Part shown: piece by piece, positions 13,701-28,187 of the stretch
Layout: each line of letters starts with the position of its first letter
How positions within the stretch are numbered: position 1 is the stretch's first letter
From: Vicugna vicugna
Taxonomy: Eukaryota
Assembly (NCBI GenBank): GCA_013265495.1
Contig: MU058423.1
Span: 7,574,721 to 7,638,720, forward strand
Reading direction: 5' to 3'
DNA length: 64,000 nt
Notes under the pieces: model-generated
Told to the model about the DNA's origin: nothing
The model's database searches: none
What the model saw: only the letters and a program-made list of their open reading frames with translations
Position numbers and translations under genes: made by a program

Positions 13701-14627
13701 AGGTGACCATAAGCTAATGCTTGTAGATTTCTAAGTGATCCTTCTATACTAATATTGTGAAAAAATAAGTGTTTTCTATTTAGTTAACTAATTTTTTTTC
13801 TGAATACCTCTTTAATCTTGACTTTTCTCCTACTTATCCATGCAATAAATAATTAACTACATAACTGCCATGTGCCTTGTATCTGGGACATTTAAGCTAT
13901 ATTTAGGCAACTCTTGTTTTCTACCTTTACCGATATCATTATCAGACTAACTTTTCTATTTTTAAAGTATCCTCTTCATATTTTCCTCTCCTACTTTATC
14001 TGGATTTTTACTAGGTTGTGATGATTTATTTATTCAACAGATTCTAAGAACATCATGTGCTAGACCTTGAGCTGATCTCATTAGAGTTATCTGCCCTGTG
14101 CCAGGGGAGACATCAAAATCTGTCTCTCAAAAGAAAAGTGTTCACCCAAGTTAATCTCTAACTCAATGTATTTTCAGTGCATAGAGGACTGCCCTTTACC
14201 ATGGATAGAGTCTTAGTAAGGCTTTGATACTGAGGGGAAATTGGGTTATCCCTTCATGTATTGGAGCTGGGGTCTACAGTCCTCCTTGGTGAAAGGTCTG
14301 AGGAAATACTTTTGAGGGGGAGGACTTTTGTGATTCCGCCTACTTCACTTTGAAAACGATATTAATTCTCTAATTTTCTACTCTGCCAGAAAGTAAAATG
14401 TTGGACAAACTTACGTTCATGGTTCTTCCTTATCATTGCAGGTACAACCCAAGAGGTTTTAAATAAAAAATCTCTAAGAATATTTATAGAAAACTGTTGT
14501 CATAGTAAACCAGGATAAGAAAATCAAATATTTGGATGGTTTGAACAGTTTACCTGGCTATATGTATAGGACATAAAATATTAACATATCCAGAGACGTT
14601 ATATAGACAAGGGGATAGAACCACAGA

Positions 14628-14630
<3 letters not shown>

Positions 14631-14663
<33 letters not shown>

Positions 14664-14680
14664 GAGTAGTAGTAGCAGCA
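14631..14680. repeat. compound microsatellite (TAT)11 followed by (AGT)n(AGC)n
   Basis: tattattat...tat gagtagtagtagcagcag seen directly. Confidence 0.9.
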
Positions 14681-15440
14681 GTCATAGCTGTTGTAATTCT
14701 ATTTGTATAGTAGAGTTTTATATGATAGTTAATAGCATACAGTTTATTTTAATCCTTCAAATATCCTTGGGATATAATCAAGCAATTTAATATATAGAGA
14801 AACTGGAGCCCAGGAAGGAATGTATACAAATAAAAGGTATAAAGTGTAGTGCTTCATCAGCTGTCATCTATGTCCTACCATCATAAAAGTGTTGTTTATT
14901 ACAGGGTGATCTACCATCTACTATGTCTGCTATAATCTATTGTTTATGATAGCTATTGCAGCCAGTGTTTCAGTCCTGAGACAAGTTATAAGGACTGGTG
15001 CAAGTCTGATAGCATACAATGAGCAAATTAAGACTAATCTTTAGGACTGGTTGAAAGAAATAACTCATTAGATTGCAATATTGCTTTTTTTCAAGGAAAA
15101 GAAAATGTCTGATGAGTGTTTTAAACTCCATGAAACAGAGTAGAAGCAAAGGGATGAAGAAGATACATGGAAGCAGACATAAGATCATTTAACATTAATG
15201 ATATTCATTAGCTCAGCAGTAAGTGGTGAGTTTCTTCCTGCATCTAGCATAGCAGTACCTACTGGAAATATGGAGACCAGGTTCTTTTCTGAAGAGGTAA
15301 CACCTAAGGCAAATCTATTTTGTCTGTTGCAGGAGATGAATACTTTAAAAGCAAATTATGTAATACAGTGTGAAAGTCAAAGTAACAAAAATAAAAATAC
15401 ATTACAAGAAGGGCACATGTCCAATTGGCCCAACAGCATC

Positions 15441-15905
15441 TGTAGTAGGCTGAACAACAACCCCTGCAGACATCATGTTCTAATCCCTAAAATCTGTAAA
15501 TGTCACTTTGTAAGTAAAAGGGTTTTTCAGATGTGATTAAATTAATGATCTTGGGATAGGGGTATTATCCTGGATTACAGTCCCTAAATGCAATCATAAA
15601 TACTCTTACAGCAGCAGAAACAGATTACACAAAGAAGAGAAAACAATGTGACCATGAAGGCAGAGATTAAAGTGATGAGGCTACAAGCCAAAGAATTCAG
15701 GAAATTGTCAGAAGCTGGAACAGACAAGGAACAATGTCTCTGCTGGAGCCTCCTGAGGGAGCATGGCTCTGTTCATGTCTTGATTTGGGCACTGTGAAAT
15801 CAAGTTTGATTCTCTGGCCTCCAGAACTGTGATATGTTGCATTTCTGTTGTTTTAAACCATTAAGTTTGTGGTAATTTGTTACAGTAACCACAGAAAAAT
15901 AATAC
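15441..15905 (+). mobile_element. MLT1C/D-like MaLR solo LTR
   Basis: tgtagtaggctgaa start, cagatgtgattaaattaa, aggcagagatt...acaagccaaagaa, ctggcctccagaactgtga, aagtttgtggtaatttgttacag. Confidence 0.9.
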
Positions 15906-16563
15906 TATATACACCAAAAACAACAAGAAAGGCCAATTTCAAACAAAAATCCATCTAAACAACTTCAAGGAGGAACAGTTGTTCCTGGATTTGATACATA
16001 TATTTCCTTTTTGAGTTTTCAAATCAGTTTTGGATATGGAGTTTTCAGATTCCTTCTGGACACTCAGACCTGCACAATCCAGAGAAAATATCCACCTGTA
16101 TTTCTTCTTATTTCCACCTTGTTGCATATTCAGTGTAAGGGCTGAGAAATACTTCTTGGAAGAGATGGGATTTAAAGAAAGAATTCAAGTAAAATGAAGA
16201 GAAAAAGACACTCTAGGCAAGTATTTTTACATGAGCAAAAGAACAGAAGAGTCTGTTCAGTGTGACTCACTGGTTGATTTGGTTGAAGAGATAAAGCAAT
16301 ATTTAAATACCCTTAAGTGTTCATTTGAAATTAGGCACATACCTAAATGGTGGTAGTGGATAAAGTTAAGTTAGGCAACAATGAGGAATCTGGATGACAT
16401 TTTGTTGTAATGAAAGTCAAAGTCGACCAGGGATTTAAGTTGATGATTTCAGCGCAGTTCAGATGACTAACTTTGGCTCTGGTTCTGTTTCATGGAGTTC
16501 AACACACTCATCAAACATTTTCTTTTTCCTGAAAAGAAGTAATATTGTGGTCTGCATGCAAAC

Positions 16564-16979
16564 TGTGGGCATGCAGTCTACAGGTGTTGCCCTGCCCAGG
16601 AACACCTTAGGAGTTTTGAAGTTCGGAATGTTGGAGGGGTTTTTCCTGCCAGGCGAGTATCTTTTGTAGAATTCTAGTCCTGATAGCTAACCTAAACAGA
16701 ACACCTACAGGAGCTGTCATAAATAAACCATACCCTGCACCCTTCGGGTAGGATCTCTCTCAGGTGAGAGTTTATACTGACTCCCCAAATCCCCAGCAGG
16801 TTTAAGTGTAGTTTCCTTCACTGACAATCACTGTTTAATCACAGCACTTCCTGGCTGACTAGCGTTCTCTCTCTTTTCCTGGTTCACTGACCGGTGATCC
16901 CTAGGGTTACCTCCAAATAGCCTACTTGCTCTCTAATCCTTGTCTCAAGAACTGAATCAGAGAAAGCCAAATTAAGACA
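16564..16979 (+). mobile_element. LTR33-like ERVL LTR
   Basis: 3' end acctccaaatagcctacttgctctctaatccttgtctcaag...aattaagaca; 5' boundary uncertain. Confidence 0.6.
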
Positions 16980-19254
16980 ACATTTTTTTCAAAATTCAGT
17001 TTTCCATGACATTGTCCCAACAATTAATTTTCACATAGTAATCGTTTTGTGTAATACTGTGTTAACTGCAGTGCTTCCGGATAAAAGACATTTGATCCAT
17101 TCAACTCTGAATTTTTGATAAACAATAGATGATACTAAAAGATTATTCCTTGTTAATCTGAAATTAAAATTTAACTAAATGCCTTGTATTTTTATTTGCT
17201 AAATCTGGCCACCCTAGGGAAGGGGTACGTTGTTGCCAAATTTGGAAAAGACTTGAAGGTCAGAAAAAGGAGAATTCTAACCTGAAGGTTTTCATGTAAG
17301 AGACTCATTAAAAATTGAGATGTTTTTAAACTACAGTTTCTAATGTGTCATCATAATGTGCAGGTTAGTCTACTTTGACACTGAGTCCAACTTGCAATAA
17401 ATTTGATAGTTTCTCCTACAGTACCTTTTATAGACCAAAAATGTGTTCTCAAATTTTTATTATTCAATTATTTTAATAGTCTATTTCTGATGTGTTAAAA
17501 GCATACATGATGGTCCTGGACCTTGAAAGGTTTTGTGTGGTTTTATTTCCTGTCTCAGATAAGTTCGTAAGCATAGAGGCAGAATCACCAGCCTTTTTTC
17601 TTTTTAATGTAATGTCTCTTTCTCTTCCACACTCCATATGGTTCTCTTCTTCTTTTGTTCTTCTCACTGGCAAGTTTAAAATTACATAGTATTTAACAGA
17701 ACCAGCCGTTTTCTCTCTGAAAATTAGTTTTATTTATTTGCTCCATCCAATACATGTTGTTGTACATTAGTTTCACTGTTATTTTTACCTGGATCCATTC
17801 CAGAGTAAAAGTGATGTTTCCAATGGCTTTGGAAGCAATATTTTAAAGCTTGAAGTTAATTCTAAGAACCATTAAACCCATTAAAGTAAAATATTTCAAG
17901 CATTTACCTTTGATATTCTCTACCTTCTCCACTCATCATTTGCATTTTTTTTTTCTTTCCGTAAAGCAGTGAAAGTACTTGGGAATCTACCTGTGGAATT
18001 ATTTTAGATACTCCCATGTTCACTAGTGTCTTCCTTCCCTAAATTTTCATATCACTTAAGGATCATAATGTAATCTTGCATTATATACAGCCTTCTTTTG
18101 CATGGATTTATGCACCTGATTTAATACTTTCAAACAAACTAAATGCTTAAGAGAAAAGGGCATGGGTTTGCTTTATCTCATCTTTCTCTGACCAAACATT
18201 TCCTCCTCTGTGACACAGTTTTTAATTCATACACTGACAACAGCATGTCACACTCCTACTTTTTGATTACTTGCCTGTGTCCCCAGCCCTGCCAAATCTC
18301 CCTGTTTGCTTCAGGAAGGCAAGGACTGTTTACTGGTTTAGTGGATGCATAAACAAATACATTCATGCAATCATGAAAGCACCTCCAATTATTAGTCATG
18401 AACTTTAGAAATATTTTTTTGTAATATATACAACTGTTTTTACATGATGGTAGTTCATTTTTCTGTTGTGAAAACTTCTTACTATAGTTCTGTTAGCTGC
18501 CCATGTAAAATAAGGACATTGTCATCTGATTTATCTTCTGATCAAGCAAACTCTTCCTGTCTTTTGCATCACAACACAGGAAATTTGAGCTGTCTTTCTA
18601 GTTCTAAGATTCTATTTCCTTATTCCTCCACAACTTTTAATAGCTTCAAATCCCTTGTCTCACTTTCCACATTTCTTCATTTAAAAGAATCTCTTAGCTC
18701 AGATAACATTCGTGTCCCGTAAGATCTCAGCATAAACCAAAATAGATCCTCATGAATACCCAGATTCCACTTTAGAGAATGATGCTTTTTTCCCTATGTT
18801 TCTTCCTAGGTAATTCTCCAATGGAGGGATGATTTGCATGGAAACGAGGATGCTACCAAACTCTCCACCCTACACATTGGCACAAGGTAACAGCTGTAAT
18901 GTGCAAAGTTTGTCTGCATGTAGAAAGTTCTTTAACACATTTTCTTAACAGAATGGTCTATACTAACTAACCATGTTAAAGAGGTTATGTCTGATATGTT
19001 GCAGATGAGTAACCCAATTCTCCTTAGGAAGGAGATGGCAGTGCTTTTAACCTGTGGTCAGCTTCCTGGTCTTGATCACAAGATTTTGTGCTTTAAGACA
19101 CACAACGGCTCTTTAGCGGACCCAGATTTTGTGTGCAAATCCAATGCTATTTATTGGCAGAGTTAGTAAATAATCAATAAGGTACAATTTGAAGATCATT
19201 TGAAAGTATCTTGCTCTGTAATAATTCCATTTTTAATGTTTGAGTTAATAGAAA

Positions 19255-19470
19255 GGTAACTAGCATTTATTGAGGGTACTGAGACAAAAATTACACACTT
19301 AACACTTTAAAAAGTTCATAAGGTAGGTGATAGTACCTCCATTTACAGAAAATTGAAGGTCAGAGTAGTTAAATGCTAATAAATCACATATCGGAGGAAA
19401 ATGAGACTCAGTGAAATTCAATAATTTGTCCAGGTAGCCAGAGATAACATTCAGACCCAAGGCCTTCAGA
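19255..19470 (-). mobile_element. MIR SINE
   Basis: taactagcatttattgag, aggtaggtgatagtacctccatttacag, gaggaaaatgagactcag. Confidence 0.65.
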
Positions 19471-20559
19471 CAACAGCAGGTGATATGAATCTTAGCTTGT
19501 TCTTTATTTGTTTGATTGTTTCATTCATTCCTTCTAAAATAATTACAATTTTAAGGTATAATGAAATATATGAGTCTATAGCACCTCTATAACTTTAGAT
19601 TTATCCTGAGTTGTGCTTTGTGGTATTTTAATTTGTTTATTGATTTTTAAATATCTGCTATTTTCACTGGATTTGCTACAAAGTTGCAGGTATTTGGATC
19701 TTTATTATTGTTATTTTTGATGCCTAACCATTTATAAGTAATTTTGAATATATGGAGCTTGTGTTGAAGATATAATCTGTAAAACTGTGGTCTTTCTGAT
19801 TTATTGGAGTTTCTTCAAAATTTTGTGCATGAGAAATCAATATGAATTTATATGGAGTTTATATGTGTATATGTAATAGATTAGGAGAAAGATGTGTAAT
19901 GCATTAACTATATGTCTCTATTAAAGAACAGTCTTTTGTTTTTAAAGATGATTAACCCAAATTAAAAAGGAGGACTTTCATATGTGGAGGAAAATTTTGT
20001 TACCAATTTTTTGTATCTTTATTTTTCGTTTTCTTGACAGATTATTCTTTTAAACCAATAAACTTCTATGAATTTCACATCAATACATTAATTGTATTTC
20101 TAACAGTTTTTTCTAATATATTCAAGACTACTTTTTAAACAATGTGTCATGAATATTATGGCTTTTCATTATAAATGTTTTACCCCTTTATAATCATTTG
20201 AATGTCAATTTTTCTCATATTAATACTACTACTCCTTTATATAACTTTTGTCAGTTAAATATTTTTTAGCTTTTAGTTTCAATATGCATTGCATAATTTT
20301 GTTTATGGGAATATTTTTTGCAATTAGTATCATCCTAAAATAGGTAAGTATGTTTTAAATTCTGTCAGGGAGACTTTTTTACATTCAAATGAGAATTAAT
20401 GATAAAGCTAGATATATTCCATATAATTATTCAAAAATACTGAGTAGCATTAAGAAAAAACATTTATTTTCTTTGCATCAAACCTATTTGTTTAAACAGA
20501 TCAAAACTGTATTTATTTTGAATCTTTCTGCACCAAACAATATGCTCACACAATACAAT

Positions 20560-21350
20560 TAAATATATATTCATGTAGTTTTATTTTGTTTTCTTTTTTA
20601 GCAAGGTGAAACATGTACACTTTGCTCTAGAATATTCTTTTATTTTTTATTAAATAGTATATCAATGCTGTTCATTTGTAGCAGTACATATAGTCCACTC
20701 CATATTTAACTGTCACTGTAACTGTAAAATATTCTATAATATGGGCATACTTTAGTCCCTCAAAAACTAATATATACTCTAATGCTATAATAAGTATTTT
20801 TGCACAATTATGATGCTTTTATTTTCATTAGCTGTATTTCTAAAACATGAGCTTGATTAATAAAAATGTATATGAAATTCTGTTTTTAAATAATACCACC
20901 ACATTGCCTGTTTTTTTCCAAAATAGCATTCTGCAGTTTGCAATCCAGTCTGCTGTACACCCATTAAAACACTTTCTAAAGTCTTGTCCGTTTTCAGTCA
21001 TTTTTAAATTTCTCTAATATAGAAGGAAGCTATTATTTTAACTTACATCCTTAATTACTAGTTTGGCTGAATACCTACTTATATGTTAGGTCACATTTTT
21101 AACATTTTTTTTCTTTGGGTTAATCATCTTAAAAGAAAAAGGATTGTTTTTAGTAGAGACATATACTTAATGCATTACACATCTTTCTCCTAATCTATCA
21201 TGTACACACATATTTTAATTTTTTTAACTAAATCAACCAAAATTTTCTTTTCAAGTGCCTGTGTTTTCTATATTTTCCTTATACTGACATATTTAACGAA
21301 TTTATACATACTCATAACTAATGTTTGATTTCTCGATTTTAGTCTCTGTC
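20560..21350 (-). mobile_element. highly decayed ancient L1 fragments
   Basis: T-rich sequence with traces of antisense L1 3' motifs; weak. Confidence 0.4.
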
Positions 21351-22092
21351 ATGTTGTTTAAAGATTATTTTTTGTTTGCTTGTCTGCACTTTAATTCCTG
21401 GACCCCATCCTCAATAAAACTTAGTTACAATTCTTTTCAGAACTGAATCAAGTTAGTCACTCTACTTCAATCCCACTAGTGATCATGGTATTATTATTTG
21501 TAATATTATTACATCACAATAATTATACTTGGTAACATTTAAGAAAACAATAAATACATTACCTTTTAGAAATTAATTTGTTTAAATAACTTCCTGCACT
21601 TTTCTGTTGTTGCAAATGTAGATTTGGGGCTGATATATGTTATCAAACATCTTTTACAGAAGACAAACAGGAATCAGTTTATAAATATAGTCCTATCAAG
21701 TACAGTGTATTTTTATATCAAATATGCTGAATATATGGCAACTGTGCCACCTGATAAATTGCTGGAAAAAACTTTAAATAAGGCATTAAACAGTGTAATT
21801 GGAAATAGCTAGGAAAATTATAACATATTTTCTTGAAGATAACAGAACCACAAGTAAAGACAAATCTACATTTTCCTCAGGAGAAGATCCCAGTGATATT
21901 TTTCACCATTTTGAATACACAGAGTTTTAACAATGTATAGACTACTGATAAATGTCTACTTGGAATGTTTATTTACTAGTTTAGATAATTTGTTGGAGAA
22001 ATACAGCATCTTAAATTTGGTCATACATGATATTTAGTAATCTGAACTCTTTTAACAACTCATTATAGCCACAATTTCCTTATGTATTTTCC

Positions 22093-22463
22093 TTTTTTAA
22101 AAATTGAAGTACAGTTAATTTACAATGTTGTGTTAGTTTCTAGTGTATAGCATAGTGATTCATCATACAGATACATTCTTCTTCATATTCTTTTCCATTC
22201 TAGGTTATGACAAACTATTGAACATAGTTCCCTATGCTATCAGTAGGACCTTATTGTTTATCTGTTCTGTGTATAGTAGTTTGTATCTGCTAATCTCAAA
22301 CTCATAATTTATCCTCCCTTCCACTTCCCCTTTGGTAACCACAAGTTTGTAAATCACTTCATTTGTGTCATTTTTTTAGATTCCACATATAAGTGATATC
22401 TTATGATATTTATCTTTCTCTGTCTGACTTCACTTAGTATAATATTCTCTAGGTCTATACATG
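22093..22463 (-). mobile_element. 5'-truncated cetartiodactyl-type L1 3' end
   Basis: aattgaagtacagttaatttacaatgttgtgttagtttc, tagttccctatgctat, ccctttggtaaccacaagtttgt, ttagattccacatataagtgatatc. Confidence 0.85.
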
Positions 22464-22549
22464 CATAATCAATCCATTTTCCTCTTTCTGTTAAAGCAGA
22501 CCCATGTCACATTCATGTTGGTATCACTCCCAGTCTAAGAACAAGAACA

Positions 22550-23283
22550 TTTCTTGACCTCACATTCTCTTTGGTTACCACTTACCCTCCAGTCCCATTT
22601 ACAGCAAAACTTCTTACAATATTTGTCTATCTCCAACATGGTACACAGAACGATGTTTTTAAAATGCAAATTACACCATGTCACTCTTCCAGTGGTTTCT
22701 CAGCTCACTCGGAGTAAAAGCTAAAGCACTTACAATGACCTAAAAGGTCCTACATCCTCAGTCTCTAACCGCCATTCTGACCTTACTTCCTACCCCTCCA
22801 CCCCTACAGAGTTCACAGTGACCACACTGGCCTCACTCTGCTCCTTGTGTGTGCCCGGCCCTCTCCCACTCCAGGTCCCCCATGTATACAGCACCAGCCA
22901 TGTACAAGGCTCACTCCTCACATCTCAGACACAATTTGTAAGTGTCAAGGAAAGCTGTCCTCTACCCAGCCTATTCAAAATTGCAACTCCCATAATATTC
23001 TGTGTACCCTTTGTCTCATTTATTTTTCTCCATAAAATCTAGCACCTTCTAATATGTTTTATTTATTTCTGTATGCATGTATGTATAAAAGTATTATGTA
23101 TATATGTAAGTAGTTAGTTGATTAGTTATTTTTCTGCCTTCTTCCAAAATAGTGCAAAATTCAAAAGACAAGTTTTTTGTTTTTTGTTTTTTTGTTCACT
23201 GTTGTCGTTTCAACACTGAGGCATAATCTGGTACAAGTAATGTACTCAATGAATTTTAATTCAATGAGTGAATTAATGAATAA
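22550..23283 (+). mobile_element. L2 LINE 3' end
   Basis: catgtcactcttcc, ttacaatgacctaaaaggtcctacat, gttcactgttgt, and a tail aatgagtgaattaatgaataa. Confidence 0.75.
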
Positions 23284-25739
23284 CTAGAAATAATCTGCCA
23301 GACACAGGCTCTTAGCTCTCCACCCATTGGTTGCTTATATATTTTCACGAAGTAGCTACTAGAACAGCACATATACCCTGGGGCTTCCTGGTGTTGTGGC
23401 CAAAGTCCATTTGCTACAGGTGTGAAGTTACAGGAATCCAGGTAGCATGGCAGAAGCTCAAACTCCAGCATGTCCGTCAGTAACTGCAGGAAATGCAGCC
23501 TTACACAAAGAGTTACGGGGAGAAGCGTCCTGGCATCTCCCGTGCTGGAGGCTTCTCACCTCCCACTAGCACTTCCATGGGCAGCCCTGGCTAGAAACAG
23601 CTGAAACAAGAGCCTGGGAAATGCAGCTTGCAGGAATTAATAGAGCCCTTGACATAGACCTTGCATTACTGGGTAGACAAGGCAAGTGTGAAAATTGGAT
23701 CTGAAGATAAAACTGTCCGGGGCCAGAACACCATTGTTCTAAGAGAGTTTAGAAGCGAATTGCAGAAGGCAGCTAGAAAGCTATTCTCAGGTTACTACGG
23801 TGCCAGGAAATTTATAATGGACTTAAAATTCTTACCCATGAATAAAATATATTCAATAGGAGGTAGATTACCTCAAGAACAGAGGGCTGAAATACATATT
23901 TGAAAACAGAAGTCCCTTGTAATTAGGATCAGATGTGAAATTTGACCTCTATATGGCATTCATAGTAAAATTTATGTTACCCTACACTAGTTCTAAGTGA
24001 CCCAAGGAAATCTATTTGGACCTTGCAGCATTTCTTCTTGAAAGGAAAACTGAAGTGTTTTGAAGTCAGTTGAGCCCTTGAATTATTACGCCTCACATAC
24101 TGTTAAACGAGAGTAATCCCCAAATTGCAGTCAAACTCCAAAACTCCCCCTGTCCCCTAGAGTTCCTTCCATCTAGAAATGACTAATGCATAAAGATTCT
24201 TTGGGGCTGATTCAGAATGGATTATAGAAATTTTAACGATTAATATTCATGAACAAAAACAAACAATCACTCTTAAAATTCAACCAGTTGTTGTAAGGCA
24301 TCATCACAGAAGCGCTGATGGGGAAACTGGCACCCACGACCACGGTCACTTATAACTGATTTATATTTCTATCTCCTAGGGATCACCTTAGTCTTCTTTC
24401 TGTTAGGAATGTTAGATGGCTGGATAAATAGATATAAAAGGAAGACACTTTTTTGAGTCTCATTTACTTTTCATCAACAGAAATTTATACTCAGAGAGGA
24501 AAATGAAAAGTATGCTGGAGTATGTTTGGGTGTGTTATGTGCCGCTGGAATACAAAAAGATAGTAAAAACCGATCAGAGATGCTGCAGTGGGAAGCCAAT
24601 AAACTGCAGCACGCTAGACAACCGAACTGCCCTGTGAGGCTGCGGGATGCACTCAGTGCACTGTGATAACCAAGAAGCCTAATCCTATTTCTGCATTTTC
24701 ATTTGTGCAGTGACTGGTTATTCTCCTCTTGACTATATGCTACTGAAAAAAAAAAAAAAAGAACCTGTGTCAAATACACACATTTCTTTGTTTTCCATAA
24801 CATATTCTTTGCAATTATTTTACATGTGATTCCTCACTAGACACGACCGAATCTCAAATGGAACACTTCACAGAATGAGATCTTAAATTTGAAACAGTGC
24901 TCTGTTCAGGTTAATTGACAGCCGCTTCTAAAACTCATGATTTTTTAGTTTTCTCTATAAGGCAGTATATCTATCAGAGATACATACAAGGATTATATAC
25001 ACATGGGTCATGATTAAAATGCTATTTATTCTGGGGAAAAAGCTGGAAACAAATGGCCAACAAAGGGGACAACAGGATGGACAAATAAACCACAGTTTAA
25101 ATGTACAAAGAATACTATGCTCTTTCATGGACCACCCGTTCTCCTGGGCCCCTGTTTTCATATTGGGGAATGGCTGCTGGAATAATTTTCTTAATCTCTT
25201 TTCCTAACCCTCGTACACACCTCCCTGAGTGGTCAGTTTTGAAAAGAACATGTTCAGTCAAACTTTCCCATCTTCTCTTTGCAAAGCAAGCCTGTCTTCT
25301 GAGTGCTTAAGTTCACAGTTCCTTCATGTCATAAACTCACAGGAGCCAGACAGACTTCTGCAGGATCCAGGGGTGAGTACTACCCTCAATTCAGGGTGAA
25401 ATGCTGAATTTACTTGGTTACCTACCTAGAGCCAGTTTCTCCTACCACATTATCAGGAATAGAGAAAATATTTGATTGTCATCTGCCTACCTTACCCATT
25501 TGATCACCTTTCAATTGGTTCTGTCTTTAGAAAGAAAGAGTGGGACTTTTTTTCTTTTTTTCTTTTTTTTGAATTTTAAACCTTTCAGTCCCTGTGCATC
25601 ATCAATGAGGAACATTGAGAAGTAGACAAAAGCTGCAATTTAGATACCCAAATCTATGACAAAGATTCTGATTTCTGTTATACATACAGCTTTAGATGTT
25701 TATCTTTTTTGTTTTGTTTTGGTTTGGTTTGGTTTTAGC

Positions 25740-27200
25740 TTAACAAAACACAGATACACAAAATGACACAAAATATATGTATAGCTGAATTAATTACTAC
25801 AAGATCAACACCCTTGTCACCATACCACACAGGTCTTGTCCTGGGCTGGTCAACAGAACTTCACTGGCCACCTTGGAAGTCCTCCAAATGCCCCATCCTT
25901 GATTAATCAAAGACTCTTGCCACCCACCAAAATAACTACCATCTTTTATAATATTATTTTCATGAATTTCTTTACATTTATATTGCTCAAATATGCATCC
26001 TTGGGTATTAATAATATAGTCTTCCTTATCATCTTAACTTAGTATGTCTGAACTCTTTTATTCGCCTTCAGATTCTCCTTCATTACTTTCTTTTTTATAT
26101 AGTTTCTCTGTTTATAACCTGAGAATTGTGACCCATAGAACTGGCCACCATCTGGATTTTGTTGATTGTATCCTCATCATGCAGTTCAGCATATCCCTGT
26201 GTCCTCTGAATTAACTCCATACTGGCAGCTAGATCCAGATATTCAAGCAGAGATACAAAGTATTTTTTTTTCTCTCCTTTGAAGTGTGAACAGTTCAATG
26301 GTGCTGCTCAATACCTACATCGATCAATTTGTCAGAGTTGTAACACAGTAAAATGCTATTATTTTGTTTATTAGCCAGAACAATTTTATAAGAAGATGCT
26401 TCTCTGTATCTACAATTTGGTCACTTAGTGGTAAAGCCTGTATGGGAAAGGCGAGATAAACACTTTATGCTTCCCTTTTACTTATCCAGTTGTCTAGATA
26501 ATGAATTAGTTCTTTGCTATCTTTCTATCCCAAATTCATGGATTTAATCATTTTGAATGTGTTAACTCCACTGCAATTTTTATTCTTACTGAAGTTCAAA
26601 ATATCCCTCCTACCTTTGGCCAGTGGTAGTGTCTTCAGATTGGTTTCAAAAAGATATTTCAGCATGACTTTAGTGGTCTTTGAGCTTCCTTGCTATCTGA
26701 TACAGCAAGATTAATATTGCTTTTTATAGATTCCACCTACTAGCCCATTTCTCCAAGAAGCAGCGGTTTCTCTTGATGAGAAAGTACACATAGAGATCAA
26801 AATGTAGGCACTTGGGGTTGTTTTATTTAATCAGCTGATCAATTATATCAAACTGGTTTGATCATTGTTTCCAGGCCTTTTACTGTATAGAGCTGGGAAA
26901 GGTCTGAGTTCAAAGTGACAATTCCAATTCAATACAATTTTTAAATTTAATTTCTCCTGTATTAAATTCCGATTTTTTTCTCCCACACCAAGAATCCTGG
27001 TTATTAAGAACACAGGGGATGACAGAATAAAAATATTCCATAATTCCTCATTTGCTTTACCCCAAATTGCACATATAATAATTTCAGGATAGCAATATTA
27101 ATAGTATCGATACCAATTATTATTCTGAAACCAGTTATGAATTATTTTTATAAGATTATCTCATTTGTATGTTTATTTTATACCTATAATGTAAGATCAT
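25740..27200 (-). mobile_element. L1MC4/5-like 3'UTR
   Basis: tctggattttgttgattgtatcc, gtatgggaaaggcgagataaa, cctttggccagtggtagtgtcttcagattgg, agcccatttctccaagaagc. Confidence 0.7.
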
Positions 27201-28019
27201 ATGGCCATTATCTAGTATAATTCATCTGAACCTTCATCCCTGTCTTGCTTCCTTTTGGTTCCACTCCCACAGTATCTCTTCAGTGTAAGGCTCTGTCACG
27301 GTAGTTACCTCTGGCCAGTCAATCGTGAGAATTGTCTTTAAATCACACAGGCATTGTCGTGGGCCCCCTGCATTCACCAGCTCTTTGATTAGACCAGTGC
27401 CCTCCTAGTTCCAGTAGCCACCCTCAACTCGACAGCGGCACTTTTCTGTGTAAACGTTTAGGCTCATTTGGGGTTCTCCTGCCAAACTGTGAATTTCCTT
27501 GGAGAGATCTACAAGAGTGATGTGTACTTCTCTCCTCTGCATAGAGGAAAAGAGGGGAGTCCTGCTCGTTCCAGCTAAACAAAAAAAGCTAGAGGGACTG
27601 CAAAAAAACACTCGGAGGCCTTGGCGTGTATACTCTGGGCTACTGCGGAATCATGGACATATGGCTGTTTCTGAGTCATGGGAAAATCTCAAAAGAGAGA
27701 AATTGTCTGTAGCACTTAGGGATCATTGTGAAGGGGCAGAACCACATTGGGAAGATCCTTCTGTCCTTGAAAGGTCTTCCAGTTTTCCTTTCCCCATGCC
27801 TCACCCTAGATGGCCCAACCACAGCATCAAGAAAGTGTGGGAGGATGTGCAAAGAAGAAACACCACAATAGAGATGTGCCCTTTTATACTGAAGATTCTC
27901 AGCCAGAGTCGGGCCCAAGCTGTGAGACGGTAGAAGTTTTTTTGAAAGGACTAAGAAAGGAAAATTGGGTCCATCTGGATTCTCAGCACCTAAAATCTAA
28001 GGCTATTAACTAGAAGAGC

Positions 28020-28187
28020 AACTAGGAAAATATTCAATTAATTACTTTGATAAAATTTCATATTAATCTTACACTTTGCCTGTAGAAAACTTTGGGGATT
28101 TTACATATATATAACCAAATCCTTTGCAAGCAGTAATTGTTTGTTTTCTCCCTTTCCAGTCCTTGTATGTTTTCATTTCCCTTTCTT
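28020..28187 (-). mobile_element. old L1 ORF2 fragment, left part (host of the young element)
   Basis: Joined to 31197 onward with one TSD copy removed, it restores a continuous antisense L1 ORF2 motif (tttccctttcttgccttactctgctagcc...agaagtggtg...gggaaagcttttcag). Confidence 0.65.

Noticed and set aside
22080..22485. TSD for the truncated L1 at 22093-22463
   Set aside because: The shared attttcct is short, low-complexity and not flush with the right boundary.
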